From the NCBI GenBank assembly GCA_020440705.1, contig JAGRNP010000003.1, positions 10,076-74,075 of the forward strand: a DNA stretch of 64,000 nucleotides. Direction: 5' to 3'. The notes under the pieces were generated by a model, which saw nothing but the letters and a program-made list of their open reading frames with translations, was not told where the DNA came from and searched no databases. This DNA comes from a bacterium (lineage in GTDB: Bacteria > Krumholzibacteriota > Krumholzibacteriia > LZORAL124-64-63). The stretch's first letter is position 1; every line of letters starts with the position of its first letter. Shown here piece by piece: positions 28,953-41,289 of this stretch. The position numbers were made by a program, and so were the translations under genes.

Positions 28953-30110
28953 GTGACGAAGCGAACCGCCACAGCGACGGACGCGGCGACCCGCCCCCTG
29001 CGGGTGGCCATGATCGGCCAGAAGGGCTATCCGCCCATCCACGGGGGCATCGAGAAGCATGTGGCCGAGCTGGCGGCGCGCCTGCCCGCCCTGGGCTGCG
29101 CGGTGGACATCTACAGCCGCCCCCATTACAGCCAATGGAACGGTCCGGCGGACCTGGACGGTGTCCGGGTCCGCCGCCTGCCATCGGTGCCGACGAAGCA
29201 TCTGGATGCGATCTCCCACACCATGATCGCGACCGCCGATGTCCTTTGGCGGGACGTGGACATCGTGCACTACCACGCGCTGGGGCCGGGGTTGCTGGCC
29301 GGTGTGCCCCGCGTTCTGGGGCGCAAGGCGACCGTCGTCACCGTACATGGCCTGGACTGGCAGCGCGACAAGTGGGGCCGCTTCGCGAGCTGGGTGCTGC
29401 GCGTGGGGGAGAAGGCCAGTGCGGCGATCCCGTCCGCCACCGTGGTGGTCTCGAAAGCCCTGCGGGCCCACTACCTCGAGCGGTACCGGATCGCGACCCA
29501 CTACATCCCCAACGGCATCGTCCCGCCCCGCTACCGCGAGCCGGCCGAGATCCGCGCCCTGGGCATCGGGCGCCCCTTCGTGCTTTTCGTGGGGCGCCTG
29601 GTGCCGGAGAAGGGATGTCACCTGCTGCTGGAAGCCTGGCGGGCGCTGCCGTCGCCTCTGCGGGAGACGTTCGCCCTGGTCGTCGCCGGGGATGCCGGGT
29701 TCACCACCGACTACGTGGCCGCCCTGCGGCGCGATGCGCCCGCCGGCGTGCATTTCGTGGGATACGTCCATGGCCCGGTGCTCGAGGAGCTGTTCAGCAA
29801 CGCCGCCGTGATGGTGCTCCCGTCGACCCTCGAGGGCCTCTCGATCACCCTGCTCGAGGGCATGAGCTACCAGCGATGTTGCCTCGTGAGCGACATTCCC
29901 CCGAACGTGGAGGCGGCCGGTGGCCATGCCCTGCTCTTCCCCAGCGGCGATGCCGGGGCGCTCCGCGATCAGCTCGCCCGGGCCCTCGGCGACGAGGGGT
30001 TGCGAGAGCGGCTCGGGGCGGCTGGACAGGTCCACGCCATCGAGCACTACAGCTGGGATCGGGTCGCCGGCATGACGGCCGCGGTGTACGGCGAAGTCCT
30101 TGGCCGGTAA
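28953..30110 (+). CDS. Glycosyltransferase family 4 (GT-B, GT1-like)
   Basis: C-terminal GT4 region LFVGRLVPEKG ... EGLSITLLEGMS; GTG 28953 or ATG 29010 start. Confidence 0.8.
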   Translation: MTKRTATATDAATRPLRVAMIGQKGYPPIHGGIEKHVAELAARLPALGCAVDIYSRPHYSQWNGPADLDGVRVRRLPSVPTKHLDAISHTMIATADVLWRDVDIVHYHALGPGLLAGVPRVLGRKATVVTVHGLDWQRDKWGRFASWVLRVGEKASAAIPSATVVVSKALRAHYLERYRIATHYIPNGIVPPRYREPAEIRALGIGRPFVLFVGRLVPEKGCHLLLEAWRALPSPLRETFALVVAGDAGFTTDYVAALRRDAPAGVHFVGYVHGPVLEELFSNAAVMVLPSTLEGLSITLLEGMSYQRCCLVSDIPPNVEAAGGHALLFPSGDAGALRDQLARALGDEGLRERLGAAGQVHAIEHYSWDRVAGMTAAVYGEVLGR

Positions 30111-30177
30111 CGGAAAATCCCTCAACTTTCGGTTTGACATTCCCGACTTCCGGCATTATCTGTAGGAGCCTGTTCGA

Positions 30178-30253
<76 letters not shown>

Positions 30254-30365
30254 TCTCGAGCGGGGAGGATCCGGGATCCTCCCCGTTTTTCTCGCCGGGA
30301 GGCGGCCCGGGCCGGGTTGACACGGCCGGTGGCATTGGCCATACTTGGCGGAGCATTGGGATCGG

Positions 30366-30440
30366 GGCGGCATAGCCAAGTGGCTAAGGCGACGGTCTGC
30401 AAAACCGTTATCCCCAGTTCGACTCTGGGTGCCGCCTCCA
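30366..30440 (+). tRNA. tRNA-Cys (GCA)
   Basis: Acceptor GGCGGCA/TGCCGCC, anticodon stem-loop ACGGT-CTGCAAA-ACCGT (GCA), T-arm GGTTCGACTCC-like, U discriminator, encoded CCA. Confidence 0.85.
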
Positions 30441-30590
30441 CCCTCAACCAGCCTGCGGGCTGGTTTTTTCGTGTCCGCAGCTTTCCTCGCGAGTCGGTCT
30501 CCGCGTCGCTCCCTTTGGCGCCGGCCCGGCAGCGGGATCTGGCCGATTGACAGGTCCGGATCCCCTCCGCATTATCGCCTCAATGCCGGT

Positions 30591-30678
30591 GCCGGGATGG
30601 CGAAACTGGTAGACGCAAGGGACTTAAAATCCCTCGGAGCGTTGCTCCGTGCCGGTTCGATTCCGGCTCCCGGCACCA
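30591..30678 (+). tRNA. tRNA-Leu (TAA), long variable arm
   Basis: GCCGGGATGGCGAAACTGGTAGACGC D-arm, anticodon loop CTTAAAA (TAA), long variable arm CGGAGCGTTGCTCCGTG, T-arm GGTTCGATTCC, CCA. Confidence 0.85.
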
Positions 30679-30709
30679 CACCGTCCGCGCGGCCCCGCCA
30701 GGAGGAAAC

Positions 30710-31849
30710 ATGCGGCTGGCCTTCCTCTCCATCGGACGCCACATCCACACCGAACGCTGGATCCGGTGGTTCGCCCGGCGGGGGCACGACTGCCATCTGC
30801 TGACCGTCCAGCCCGGCCCCGTCGACGACGTCACCGTCCACGATATCCGGCTGGGCACGGGTCCCAAGCCCTGGCGCTACTACCGGACCCTCGCCAAGGT
30901 CAGGCGGATCCTCGGGCGACTCGAACCCGATCTGCTGAACACGCATTTCCTCACCGGCTACGGCTACTGGGGCCATTTCTCGGGCCACCATCCCAACGTC
31001 CTGACCGTCTGGGGGGACGACGTCTACGTGACGCCCTTCGAGAACCGCCTGAAGCTGGCCCTGGCCCGGGCCGCCCTGCGCAGCTGCGACGCACTGACCG
31101 GGGACTCGGCGGATATCCTGGCCGTGGCGGCGGAGCTGGGGGCCGACCCGGAAAAGAGCTTCCGCATCCTGTGGGGAGTCGACTTCGAGGTCTTCCGTCC
31201 CGGGGCGGAGGCGGACTGGCGCGCCGCGCGGGGCTTCGGGCCGGAGGACATCGTCTATTTCTCGCCACGGAGCTACACCCAGCCCTACTACAACATCGAC
31301 GTGGTCATCGCGGCGGCGGCGCGGGTGCGCGACCAGGAGCCGCGGGCCCGCTTCCTCTTCTCGGGCTACGAGGGCGATCCGGAACCGTTCCGGCGCCGGG
31401 TCGAGGCGGCGGGCATCGCCGATGTCACGCACATGGCCGGGCGGCTGGCCCACGACGAGTTCGCCGTCGCCCTGCGCGCGGCCGATGTCTTCATCTCCGT
31501 GCCGTCGGTCGACGCCACGGCCGTCTCCCTGCTGGAGGCCATGTCGTCCGAGGCGGCGATCATCGTGTCGAGTCTGCCTTCGTCGCTCGAGTGGGTCGCG
31601 GACGAGGCTTCGGCGTTGGTCGTCCCGCCCCGGAGCGAGGACGGCCTGGTCCGGGCGATGCTCCGGTTCGGCGCCGACGCCGGACTGCGCGCCCGCTGCG
31701 GCGCGGCAGCCTTGGCCTCGGCTCGCAGCCGGGTGGGTTTCGAGGCGAACATGGAGCTGGTCGCGGCCGTCTTCGGACATCTGACGGGTTCGGATCCGTG
31801 GCCGAGCGGGGCGAGCCTGGCGGCGCTGCGGCGGGAAGCCGGCGTCTGA
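30710..31849 (+). CDS. Glycosyltransferase family 4
   Basis: Starts 32 nt after tRNA-Leu; GT-B fold with C-terminal EAMSSEAAIIVSSLPS... region; 379 aa. Confidence 0.75.
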   Translation: MRLAFLSIGRHIHTERWIRWFARRGHDCHLLTVQPGPVDDVTVHDIRLGTGPKPWRYYRTLAKVRRILGRLEPDLLNTHFLTGYGYWGHFSGHHPNVLTVWGDDVYVTPFENRLKLALARAALRSCDALTGDSADILAVAAELGADPEKSFRILWGVDFEVFRPGAEADWRAARGFGPEDIVYFSPRSYTQPYYNIDVVIAAAARVRDQEPRARFLFSGYEGDPEPFRRRVEAAGIADVTHMAGRLAHDEFAVALRAADVFISVPSVDATAVSLLEAMSSEAAIIVSSLPSSLEWVADEASALVVPPRSEDGLVRAMLRFGADAGLRARCGAAALASARSRVGFEANMELVAAVFGHLTGSDPWPSGASLAALRREAGV

Positions 31850-32814
31850 TGGAGCTCTCAGTCGTCATTCCGACCATGAACAAGGTCGGCCTCCTGGAAC
31901 GCACCCTGGCGGCCCTGCGCAGGCAGGATGCCGAGGTGCCCGGGGGGTGGGAAGTCGTCGTGGTCGACGACGGCAGCACCGATGGAACGGCCCGCTTCCT
32001 GGCCGGGCAGGAGAATTGGGGGATCCCGGCGCTCCAGGTGGTCTCGCCCCCGCGGAACGTGGGGCGGGCCCGGGCGCGCAACCTGGGCGCGCGGTCCGCC
32101 CGGGGGCGCTGGATCCTGTTCCTGGACGACGACATCGTCGCGCCACCGGGGCTGGTGGCCGCCCATCTGGCGGTGCTCCGGACCGGCGAGCGCATCGGCA
32201 CGATCGGCCACGTGCACACGGCGCCCGAGGTGGTCGACGGCCCGCATTTCCACTACCTCGACACCCGCGGCGTGGCCAAACTGGCGGCGGGCGAGGCCCC
32301 GGCCCGCTACTTCGTCACCCAGAACGCCGCCGTCCCGCGCGACGCGTTCCTCGACGTGGGCGGCTTCGACGAGGAGTTCTCGGCCTACGGTTTCGAGGAC
32401 ATGGAGGTGGCGTTCCGTCTCGAGGACCGGGGAGGCGTGCGGTTCCGCGTCCTGGCCCGTCCCGTCCCGGTCCACGTGCACCACCACACCTCGGCGGAGT
32501 ACTTCGCCAAGAAGGTGGAATGCGGACGACACTCCCTGCCTCATCTGGCCCGCCTGCATCCCCACCGCATCGGGGAGATGCGGTTGCACCTGGTGGTCGA
32601 CACGCAACCGCCCATCTCGCCGGGAGCGATCGGACGTCTCGTGCGCTTCCTGGCCCCGACGCCTCTGGCCCGGGATCTGCCCCGTCTGCTCGACGGCTGG
32701 CCCCGGAACGGGGCGCACCGTCCCCTCCTGGCACCGCTCTATTGCCGGCTGATGGATCTGGCGGTCCTGCTGGCCTTCCGCCGCGGAATCCTGGAATCTG
32801 GCAGAAGTATCTGA
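31849..32814 (+). CDS. Glycosyltransferase family 2
   Basis: ATG overlapping upstream stop (TGATG); GT-A signatures SVVIPTMNK, VVVDDGSTDGT, DDD (FLDDDIV); the listed 721-aa ORF 30649..32814 is a frame artefact upstream. Confidence 0.75.
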   Translation: MELSVVIPTMNKVGLLERTLAALRRQDAEVPGGWEVVVVDDGSTDGTARFLAGQENWGIPALQVVSPPRNVGRARARNLGARSARGRWILFLDDDIVAPPGLVAAHLAVLRTGERIGTIGHVHTAPEVVDGPHFHYLDTRGVAKLAAGEAPARYFVTQNAAVPRDAFLDVGGFDEEFSAYGFEDMEVAFRLEDRGGVRFRVLARPVPVHVHHHTSAEYFAKKVECGRHSLPHLARLHPHRIGEMRLHLVVDTQPPISPGAIGRLVRFLAPTPLARDLPRLLDGWPRNGAHRPLLAPLYCRLMDLAVLLAFRRGILESGRSI

Positions 32815-33020
32815 CAGTTCGACTGCCAGAATTGTCATGTTGGCAGGTCGTGCTGCGACCAGCTGCTGTTCCGTTTGCGACCGCAGATCAGCCTATGGAT
32901 TATATCTAATTAATTGGCAATAGTTTAACTGCTTCCTGGTTGGATTTCCGGGGGCGGCACGCAAGTTGTATGGCGGTGGCCGTGAGAAACGACACCAACC
33001 ATCCCACCAAGGGAGTCTGA

Positions 33021-34952
<1,932 letters not shown>

Positions 34953-34987
34953 TTTTGGTTGACGGCTTGCAACAAGGTGCTAAGGTC

Positions 34988-35013
34988 GGGTGCCGGGACG
35001 AGTTCCCGCACCC
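34988..35013 (+). terminator. Hairpin immediately downstream of dnaK (putative terminator)
   Basis: GGGTGCCGGGA-cgagt-TCCCGCACCC stem-loop 35 nt after dnaK stop; weak U-tract. Confidence 0.4.
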
Positions 35014-35446
35014 GGCCGCGCATCTTGGACGCATTCGTTCCCACAAAATCAATTCGGACCAAAAAAGTCTTTGACCGCCTGGAATCCATTGGTTAGAGTG
35101 GCCTTCTCAACCACAGGAATCATTCGCATTAAGGTCCGAAACGGGAGGGAATCGGATCCGCAGGGGGATGGCGCGCAAGGTTTCCTGGGCCGGCGGACCG
35201 GATCGCTCCGGGGCTCCGGCAAGCGACTCCCGCGGCGGTTCCGGGGCGTTCGGAAATAGGACGAGGAACCGGGAACTTTCACCCTGCAGCGGCGTATCGG
35301 ACGGGCAACCGACGATTCGACACAGGGAAAAAGGATACCTGGCGAGTCAAGATTCTTCGAGTCGAAAACCAACGAGTTGATGGCCGCAGGTCGGGCGATT
35401 CGGCCCTCGGATGCTGCGGTGACCATAGAAGACGGGAGGGCGCGGC

Positions 35447-36301
35447 GTGTACGAAGTGGAACTCAGCAGTGACCGTCGGGAAGACCCCAGCCTCCAGCAC
35501 TACCTGCAGACCATCGGGAAGCACCGGCTCCTGACCCGTGAAGAGGAGTTCGAGCTGGCCCGGCGGATCCGCGAAGGCGACAAGGCGGCACTCGATCGCC
35601 TGGTCAACTCGAACCTGCGGTTCGTGGTGAGCGTGGCCAAGAAGTTCCTGAACCAGGGCCTCAGCTACATGGACCTGATCGCGGAAGGGAACATCGGCCT
35701 GATCACCGCGGCCAAGCGCTTCGATGAGCGGCGGGAATTCCGCTTCATTTCGTACGCCGTGTGGTGGATCCGCCAGGCGATCCAGAAGGCGATCGCCGAG
35801 CAGACCAACACGGTCCGGCTGCCGATCAACCGGTCGCAGCAGGCCATGAAGATGAAGCGCGTCTCGCAGCAGCTCGAGCAGAAGCACAAGCGGCAGATCG
35901 ACGAATCGGAGATCGCCGAGGAGATGCAGCTCGATCCGCGCAAGATGAACCAGATCCGGGCGGCCAGCCGCCCCCTGATGAGCCTGGATCAGCCCCTCTA
36001 CGACGAGGACGTGACCCTGGCCGACACCCTCTGCGATCCGGAGGAGCTGACCCCGGATCAGGGCTACGTCTCGGCCGAACTCATCCAGGAGCTCAGTGAC
36101 GCCATGGACCTGCTCTCGCCGCGCGAGCGCGACATCGTGACGCGCTACTATGGACTGGGCAGCGCGGAAACGGCCTCGCTGGAGACCATCGGCCAGGACA
36201 TCAACCTGTCGCGGGAGCGGGTGCGCCAGATCCGCAACCAGGCCCTGACGAAGCTCCGTCAGCACGGGCACGGCGAGCGGCTGGTCGACTACCTGACCTG
36301 A
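35447..36301 (+). CDS. rpoD: RNA polymerase primary-like sigma-70 factor, short form lacking region 1.1 (Bacteroidota-type RpoD/SigA)
   Basis: 284 aa; regions 2-4: YLQTIGKHRLLTREEEFELARRIREGD, NLRFVVSVAKKF, DLIAEGNIGLITAAKRFD, ISYAVWWIRQAI, region 4 HTH ETIGQDINLSRERVRQIRNQAL; no RpoH box. Confidence 0.7.
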   Translation: MYEVELSSDRREDPSLQHYLQTIGKHRLLTREEEFELARRIREGDKAALDRLVNSNLRFVVSVAKKFLNQGLSYMDLIAEGNIGLITAAKRFDERREFRFISYAVWWIRQAIQKAIAEQTNTVRLPINRSQQAMKMKRVSQQLEQKHKRQIDESEIAEEMQLDPRKMNQIRAASRPLMSLDQPLYDEDVTLADTLCDPEELTPDQGYVSAELIQELSDAMDLLSPRERDIVTRYYGLGSAETASLETIGQDINLSRERVRQIRNQALTKLRQHGHGERLVDYLT

Positions 36302-36390
36302 GCCGGGCGATTCCGGAATACGGTCCGGAGCCGGGTCACGGATTTTCCGTTGACAAGGCTCCGGACTTTTATATTATTTCGCGTCCCGGT

Positions 36391-36469
36391 GGGCGATTAG
36401 CTCAGTTTTGGTTAGAGCGCTTGTTTGACAGACAAGAGGTCACAAGTTCGAATCTTGTATCGCCCACCA
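36391..36469 (+). tRNA. tRNA-Val (GAC)
   Basis: Acceptor GGGCGAT/ATCGCCC, anticodon stem-loop CTTGT-TTGACAG-ACAAG (GAC), T-arm GGTTCGAATCT-like (AAGTTCGAATCTTGT), CCA. Confidence 0.85.
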
Positions 36470-36508
36470 CCGCCAAACTTTCTGGATGAGCGCCCATTCC
36501 CGTTGCCG

Positions 36509-36531
36509 AACCCGGCGCGGGGATTTTTTTT
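36509..36531 (+). terminator. Short hairpin + T8 tract after tRNA-Val
   Basis: CCCG-gcg-CGGG followed by TTTTTTTT at 36524..36531. Confidence 0.45.
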
Positions 36532-36606
36532 AAGGGGATATCCGGCGGAGCGCCGATCGTAGGGCGCGCCGCGAACCAGGGCCCGACCCGAGGATGGAAC
36601 AGCCAG

Positions 36607-38532
36607 ATGTCGATGATCAGCCTGACCCTGCCCGACGGCAACAGCGTGGAGATCGAGAAGGGTGCGCCCTATGGCGACGCCGTGCGCAAGATCGGTGAGG
36701 GGCTGTATCGCAATGCCCTGGCCGTGACCGTCGACGGCACCAACCATCCCCTGGACGAAGCGGCCACCTCCGGGGGACTGCTCAAGGTCATCACCCGCAA
36801 CAGCGACGAGGGGCTGCAGACCCTGCGGCACTCCGTGGCGCACCTGATGGCGTGGGCGGTCCAGGACCTGTACCCCGGGGTGAAGTTCGCCTTCGGCCCG
36901 GCCATCGAGTCGGGCTTCTACTACGACTTCGACCGGGGCGAGCCGTTCACCGAGGAAGAGCTGACGGCCATCGAGAACCGCATGCGCGAGCTGGCCCAGC
37001 GGAAGGTGCCGGTGGTGCGCGAGGTCGTCACGCCGGCCCAGGCCCGGACCATGTTCGCCGACCAGCCCTACAAGCTGCAGCAGATCGAGGATCTCGAACA
37101 GCTGGGCGAGGAGTTCTCCATCTACCGCATGGGGGAATTCACCGACTTCTGCGAAGGGCCGCACGTGGCGGACAGCAGCGATCTGAAGGCCTTCAAGCTG
37201 CTGAACGTCTCGGCCGCGCACTGGGTCAAGGACCACGATGCGCCCATGCTCCAGCGCATCTACGGGACGGCGTTCTTCAAGAAGAAGGACCTCGACGACC
37301 ATCTCGTGATGCTCGAGGAGGCCAAGAAGCGCGACCACCGCAAGCTCGGGCGCGAGCTCGACCTGTTCGGCATCCAGGAGGAGGCGGGTGCCGGCCTGAG
37401 CTTCTGGTACCCGCGCGGCGACGTGATCCGGGAGCAGATCATCGAGTTCTGGAAGCGGATCCACCGCGAGCGCGGCTACCGCACCGTGACGACGCCCCAC
37501 ATCTACCAGGCCGGCCTCTGGGAGACCAGCGGCCACATGCAGTTCTATCGCGACGACATGTACGTCTTCGAGCAGGACGGCAAGCCGATGGTCGTCAAGC
37601 CCATGAACTGCCCCGGGCACATCCTGATGTACAAGCGCAAGACCCGCGGCTGGCGCTCGCTGCCGGTGCGCCTGGCCGAGCTGGGCACCGTGTACCGGGC
37701 CGAGGACCAGGGCGCCCTGCACGGCCTGCTGCGCGTGCGCGGATTCACCCAGGACGACGCCCACATCTTCTGCACGCCGGAGCAGCTCGAGGACGAGGTG
37801 GCCGGGTGCATCCAGCTGGTGAAGGACATCCTGGGCACCTTCGGCTTCCACGAGTTCAAGGTCGAGCTCTCGGTGCGGGACAGCCAGGACACGAGCAAGT
37901 ATGCCGGCACCGACGAGGAATGGGAGGCCGCCGAGGCCTCGCTGGTCAAGGCCATCGTGAAGGCCGACCTGACCTACACCCGCGAAGAGGGCGAGGCCGT
38001 CTTCTACGGGCCCAAGATCGACGTCAAGCTGATCGACGCCATCGGACGCAAGTGGCAGACGAGCACCATCCAGTTCGACTTCAACCTGCCGCGGCGGTTC
38101 AACGTGACCTACACCGACAGCCACGGTGAGGACCGGTACGTCTACATGGTGCATCGGGCCATCCTCGGCTCGCTCGAGCGCTTCATCGGGGTGCTGACCG
38201 AACACTTCGCCGGGGATTTCCCCCTGTGGCTGGCGCCGGAGCAGATCCGCGTCATGTCCGTCAGCCGGGACCAGCACGACTACGCGCGGCAGGTGTGCGC
38301 GGAGCTGCGGGCCCGCGGCGTGCGGGCCGAGGTCGACGACCGGGATGAGAAGATCGGCTTCAAGATCCGGGAAGCCGAAGTGCTGCGGGTGCCCTGGATG
38401 GCCGTGGTCGGCGGCCGGGAGGCCGAATCGGGCGAAGTTTCGCTGCGGATCCGGCATCAGGGCGACCAGGGAGCCCGGAAGGTGGCCGACGTGGCCCAGG
38501 ATCTCCTTGACGCGGTGGCCGCCAAGCGCTAG
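36607..38532 (+). CDS. thrS: Threonyl-tRNA synthetase
   Basis: 641 aa; TGS domain N-terminus, class II motifs, anticodon-binding C-terminus; antisense 785-aa ORF rejected. Confidence 0.95.
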   Translation: MSMISLTLPDGNSVEIEKGAPYGDAVRKIGEGLYRNALAVTVDGTNHPLDEAATSGGLLKVITRNSDEGLQTLRHSVAHLMAWAVQDLYPGVKFAFGPAIESGFYYDFDRGEPFTEEELTAIENRMRELAQRKVPVVREVVTPAQARTMFADQPYKLQQIEDLEQLGEEFSIYRMGEFTDFCEGPHVADSSDLKAFKLLNVSAAHWVKDHDAPMLQRIYGTAFFKKKDLDDHLVMLEEAKKRDHRKLGRELDLFGIQEEAGAGLSFWYPRGDVIREQIIEFWKRIHRERGYRTVTTPHIYQAGLWETSGHMQFYRDDMYVFEQDGKPMVVKPMNCPGHILMYKRKTRGWRSLPVRLAELGTVYRAEDQGALHGLLRVRGFTQDDAHIFCTPEQLEDEVAGCIQLVKDILGTFGFHEFKVELSVRDSQDTSKYAGTDEEWEAAEASLVKAIVKADLTYTREEGEAVFYGPKIDVKLIDAIGRKWQTSTIQFDFNLPRRFNVTYTDSHGEDRYVYMVHRAILGSLERFIGVLTEHFAGDFPLWLAPEQIRVMSVSRDQHDYARQVCAELRARGVRAEVDDRDEKIGFKIREAEVLRVPWMAVVGGREAESGEVSLRIRHQGDQGARKVADVAQDLLDAVAAKR

Positions 38533-38714
38533 TTTATGGCGATTCCAGCGCCGCGCCGGGATGGGTAGGTGCGTCCTCCAGTGGAGGCGGCCCCCGGCGG
38601 GCGATACCAAGCAGAGGTCCGCCCTCTCACCGTAGCTGGCCCGTGGTCTGTGACCGCGACGGTCCGGAGCGGTTTCAACCCGAATGTCGTGGGGCCAGTC
38701 CCTGCGTATTCGTT

Positions 38715-38740
38715 GGCGGACCATCGTGTCCGCCTTTTTT
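38715..38740 (+). terminator. Rho-independent terminator/attenuator between thrS and infC
   Basis: GGCGGAC-catcgt-GTCCGCC followed by TTTTTT. Confidence 0.7.
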
Positions 38741-38797
38741 CGTGGGCGGCCGCCATCCTGCCTGGTCACGAGTGATTCCTTTCAGGAGGTCTGGCTT

Positions 38798-39340
<543 letters not shown>

Positions 39341-39449
39341 TTTCGAAGACCCGCGCGCCTGCCGGCCGCGGAGAACAACCGCGCCGCCCCGACGGGCGGC
39401 AACAGGAAGGCGGCGCCCGTCGGGCGGCGCCCCCGGAGAGGCAGAGAAG

Positions 39450-39650
39450 ATGGGCAACAAGATGAAGACCAACCGCGCCGCCGCCAAGCGCTTCAAGGTG
39501 ACCGGCAGCGGTCGCGTGAAGCGGAGCAAGGCCTACCACGGGCACCTGTTCACGGCCAAGAGCCCCAAGCGCCTGCGCAACCTGCGCAAGAAGTCGACGC
39601 TCGCGGGGGTCGACGAGGCGCGCGCCAAGCGCATGCTGGGTTGCGGCTAG
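39450..39650 (+). CDS. rpmI: 50S ribosomal protein L35
   Basis: 66 aa, lysine/arginine-rich MGNKMKTNRAAAKRFKVTGSGRVKR... Confidence 0.85.
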   Translation: MGNKMKTNRAAAKRFKVTGSGRVKRSKAYHGHLFTAKSPKRLRNLRKKSTLAGVDEARAKRMLGCG

Positions 39651-39773
39651 CATTTCCTGAGACAGAAGTGCCCGGCGCGTGGCGCGGGGCCTGGCAGCAT
39701 TGACGACACCCGACCCAGAGGAATGCGGTGCCGCCACGGGCGGATCGCGCGCGGGTGAACGAGGAGGCGAAAG

Positions 39774-40127
39774 ATGCCGAGAGCAACAAACAATCCGGCC
39801 GCCAAGCAGCGGCGGAAGAAGTACCTGAAGCGGGCGAAGGGTTTCGTCGCGAGCAAGGGCAGCACCTACCGGCTGGCGCGGGAGACCGTCGATCGCGCCC
39901 TGGCGTATGCGTACCGCGACAGGCGCACCAAGAAGCGCGAGTTCCGGCGCCTGTGGATCACCCGCATCAACGCGGCCGCCCGCCTGAACGGCATGAGCTA
40001 CAGCCACTTCATGAACGGGCTGAAGAAGGCCGAGATCGACATCGACCGCAAGGTGCTGGCCGATCTCGCCGTTCACGATTCCCCGGCCTTCGCCAAGCTG
40101 GCCGAGGCCGCGAAGGGCGCCCTGTAG
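39774..40127 (+). CDS. rplT: 50S ribosomal protein L20
   Basis: 117 aa, [24 protein letters not shown]... [13 protein letters not shown] typical L20. Confidence 0.9.
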   Translation: MPRATNNPAAKQRRKKYLKRAKGFVASKGSTYRLARETVDRALAYAYRDRRTKKREFRRLWITRINAAARLNGMSYSHFMNGLKKAEIDIDRKVLADLAVHDSPAFAKLAEAAKGAL

Positions 40128-40263
40128 GCTCGACGCCGCTCCGGGACTCGGCCCGCACCGGGCGAGTCAGATGTCACGCCGATCGGGAACCCGCTTCCCG
40201 ATCGGTGTGCTTTTTGCGATCCGATCCGAACCGCGCCGGCGTGCCGGCGCAAGGAGACCCGAC

Positions 40264-41289
40264 ATGAAGGACACCATCGCGCGGTTGCGGAGTGAAGGGG
40301 CGGCGCGCATCGCGGCGGCCGCCACCGCGGCTGAACTCGAGTCCGTGCGCGTGGCGCTGCTCGGGAGGAAAGGCGAGCTGACCGGCCTGCTCCGCGGCCT
40401 GAAGGACGTTCCCGACAGCGAACGTCCGGCCGTGGGCGCGGATCTGAACCGCGCCAAGGTGGCCCTGGGCGAGCTGCTGGACGAGCGGGAGCGGGACATG
40501 AAGCGTGCGGCGGCGGCGTCCGGCGCCCGCTACGACCTGACCCTGCCCGGCAAGCCGCCGGCCGCGGTGGGCACGACCCACCCCCTCGCGTCGGTGCTCG
40601 AGTCGATCTGCGACATCTTCTACGGCATGGGGTTCAGCCGGGGGGACGGACCCGAGGTCGAACTCGACTACTACAACTTCACCGCGTTGAACTTCCCGGA
40701 CGACCATCCGGCGCGGGACATCCAGGACACCTTCTACATCAACGACAAGGTGTGCCTGCGCACCCAGACCTCGCCCGTGCAGGTGCGTTACATGGAACGC
40801 CACGAGCCGCCGCTGGCATGCATCTTCCCGGGCCGGGTCTACCGCAACGAGACGGCCGACGCCTCGCACAGCTCCGAGTTCTACCAGATCGAGGGACTCG
40901 TGGTGGACCGCGAGATCAGCATGGCCGACCTGAAGGACACGGTGGACACCTTCGTGCGGAACTTCTTCGGTGCCGCCGAGCCGACGCGCTTCCGGCCGCA
41001 CTACTTCCCGTTCACCGAACCGTCGGTCGAGGTCGACATGCAGTGCGTGAAGTGCGGCGGCGCCGGGTGCGGCGTGTGCGGCCAGACGGGCTGGCTGGAG
41101 ATCATGGGGGCGGGGATGGTGCACCCGAACGTCTTCGGTTTCGCCGGCTATCCGGCCGACCGGTACACGGGGTTCGCCTTCGGCATGGGCATCGACCGCA
41201 TCGCCATGCTGAAGTACGGCATCGACGACATCCGGCTGCTCTACGAGAACGACCTGCGGTTCCTGAACCAATTCCGAGGTGTGCTGTGA
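40264..41289 (+). CDS. pheS: Phenylalanyl-tRNA synthetase alpha subunit
   Basis: 341 aa from MKDTIARL; class II core motifs FPFTEPS, GAGMVHPNV, GFAFGMGIDRIAML. Confidence 0.9.
   Translation: MKDTIARLRSEGAARIAAAATAAELESVRVALLGRKGELTGLLRGLKDVPDSERPAVGADLNRAKVALGELLDERERDMKRAAAASGARYDLTLPGKPPAAVGTTHPLASVLESICDIFYGMGFSRGDGPEVELDYYNFTALNFPDDHPARDIQDTFYINDKVCLRTQTSPVQVRYMERHEPPLACIFPGRVYRNETADASHSSEFYQIEGLVVDREISMADLKDTVDTFVRNFFGAAEPTRFRPHYFPFTEPSVEVDMQCVKCGGAGCGVCGQTGWLEIMGAGMVHPNVFGFAGYPADRYTGFAFGMGIDRIAMLKYGIDDIRLLYENDLRFLNQFRGVL

Noticed and set aside
30649-31848. 5' portion of listed 721-aa ORF 30649..32814
   Set aside because: It runs through tRNA-Leu and overlaps the GT4 gene out of frame. 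Only 31849..32814 has GT2 motifs.
34990-35259. 89-aa + ORF in dnaK-sigma spacer
   Set aside because: Poor third-position GC, no RBS, low-complexity. The region is more likely non-coding leader/regulatory RNA.
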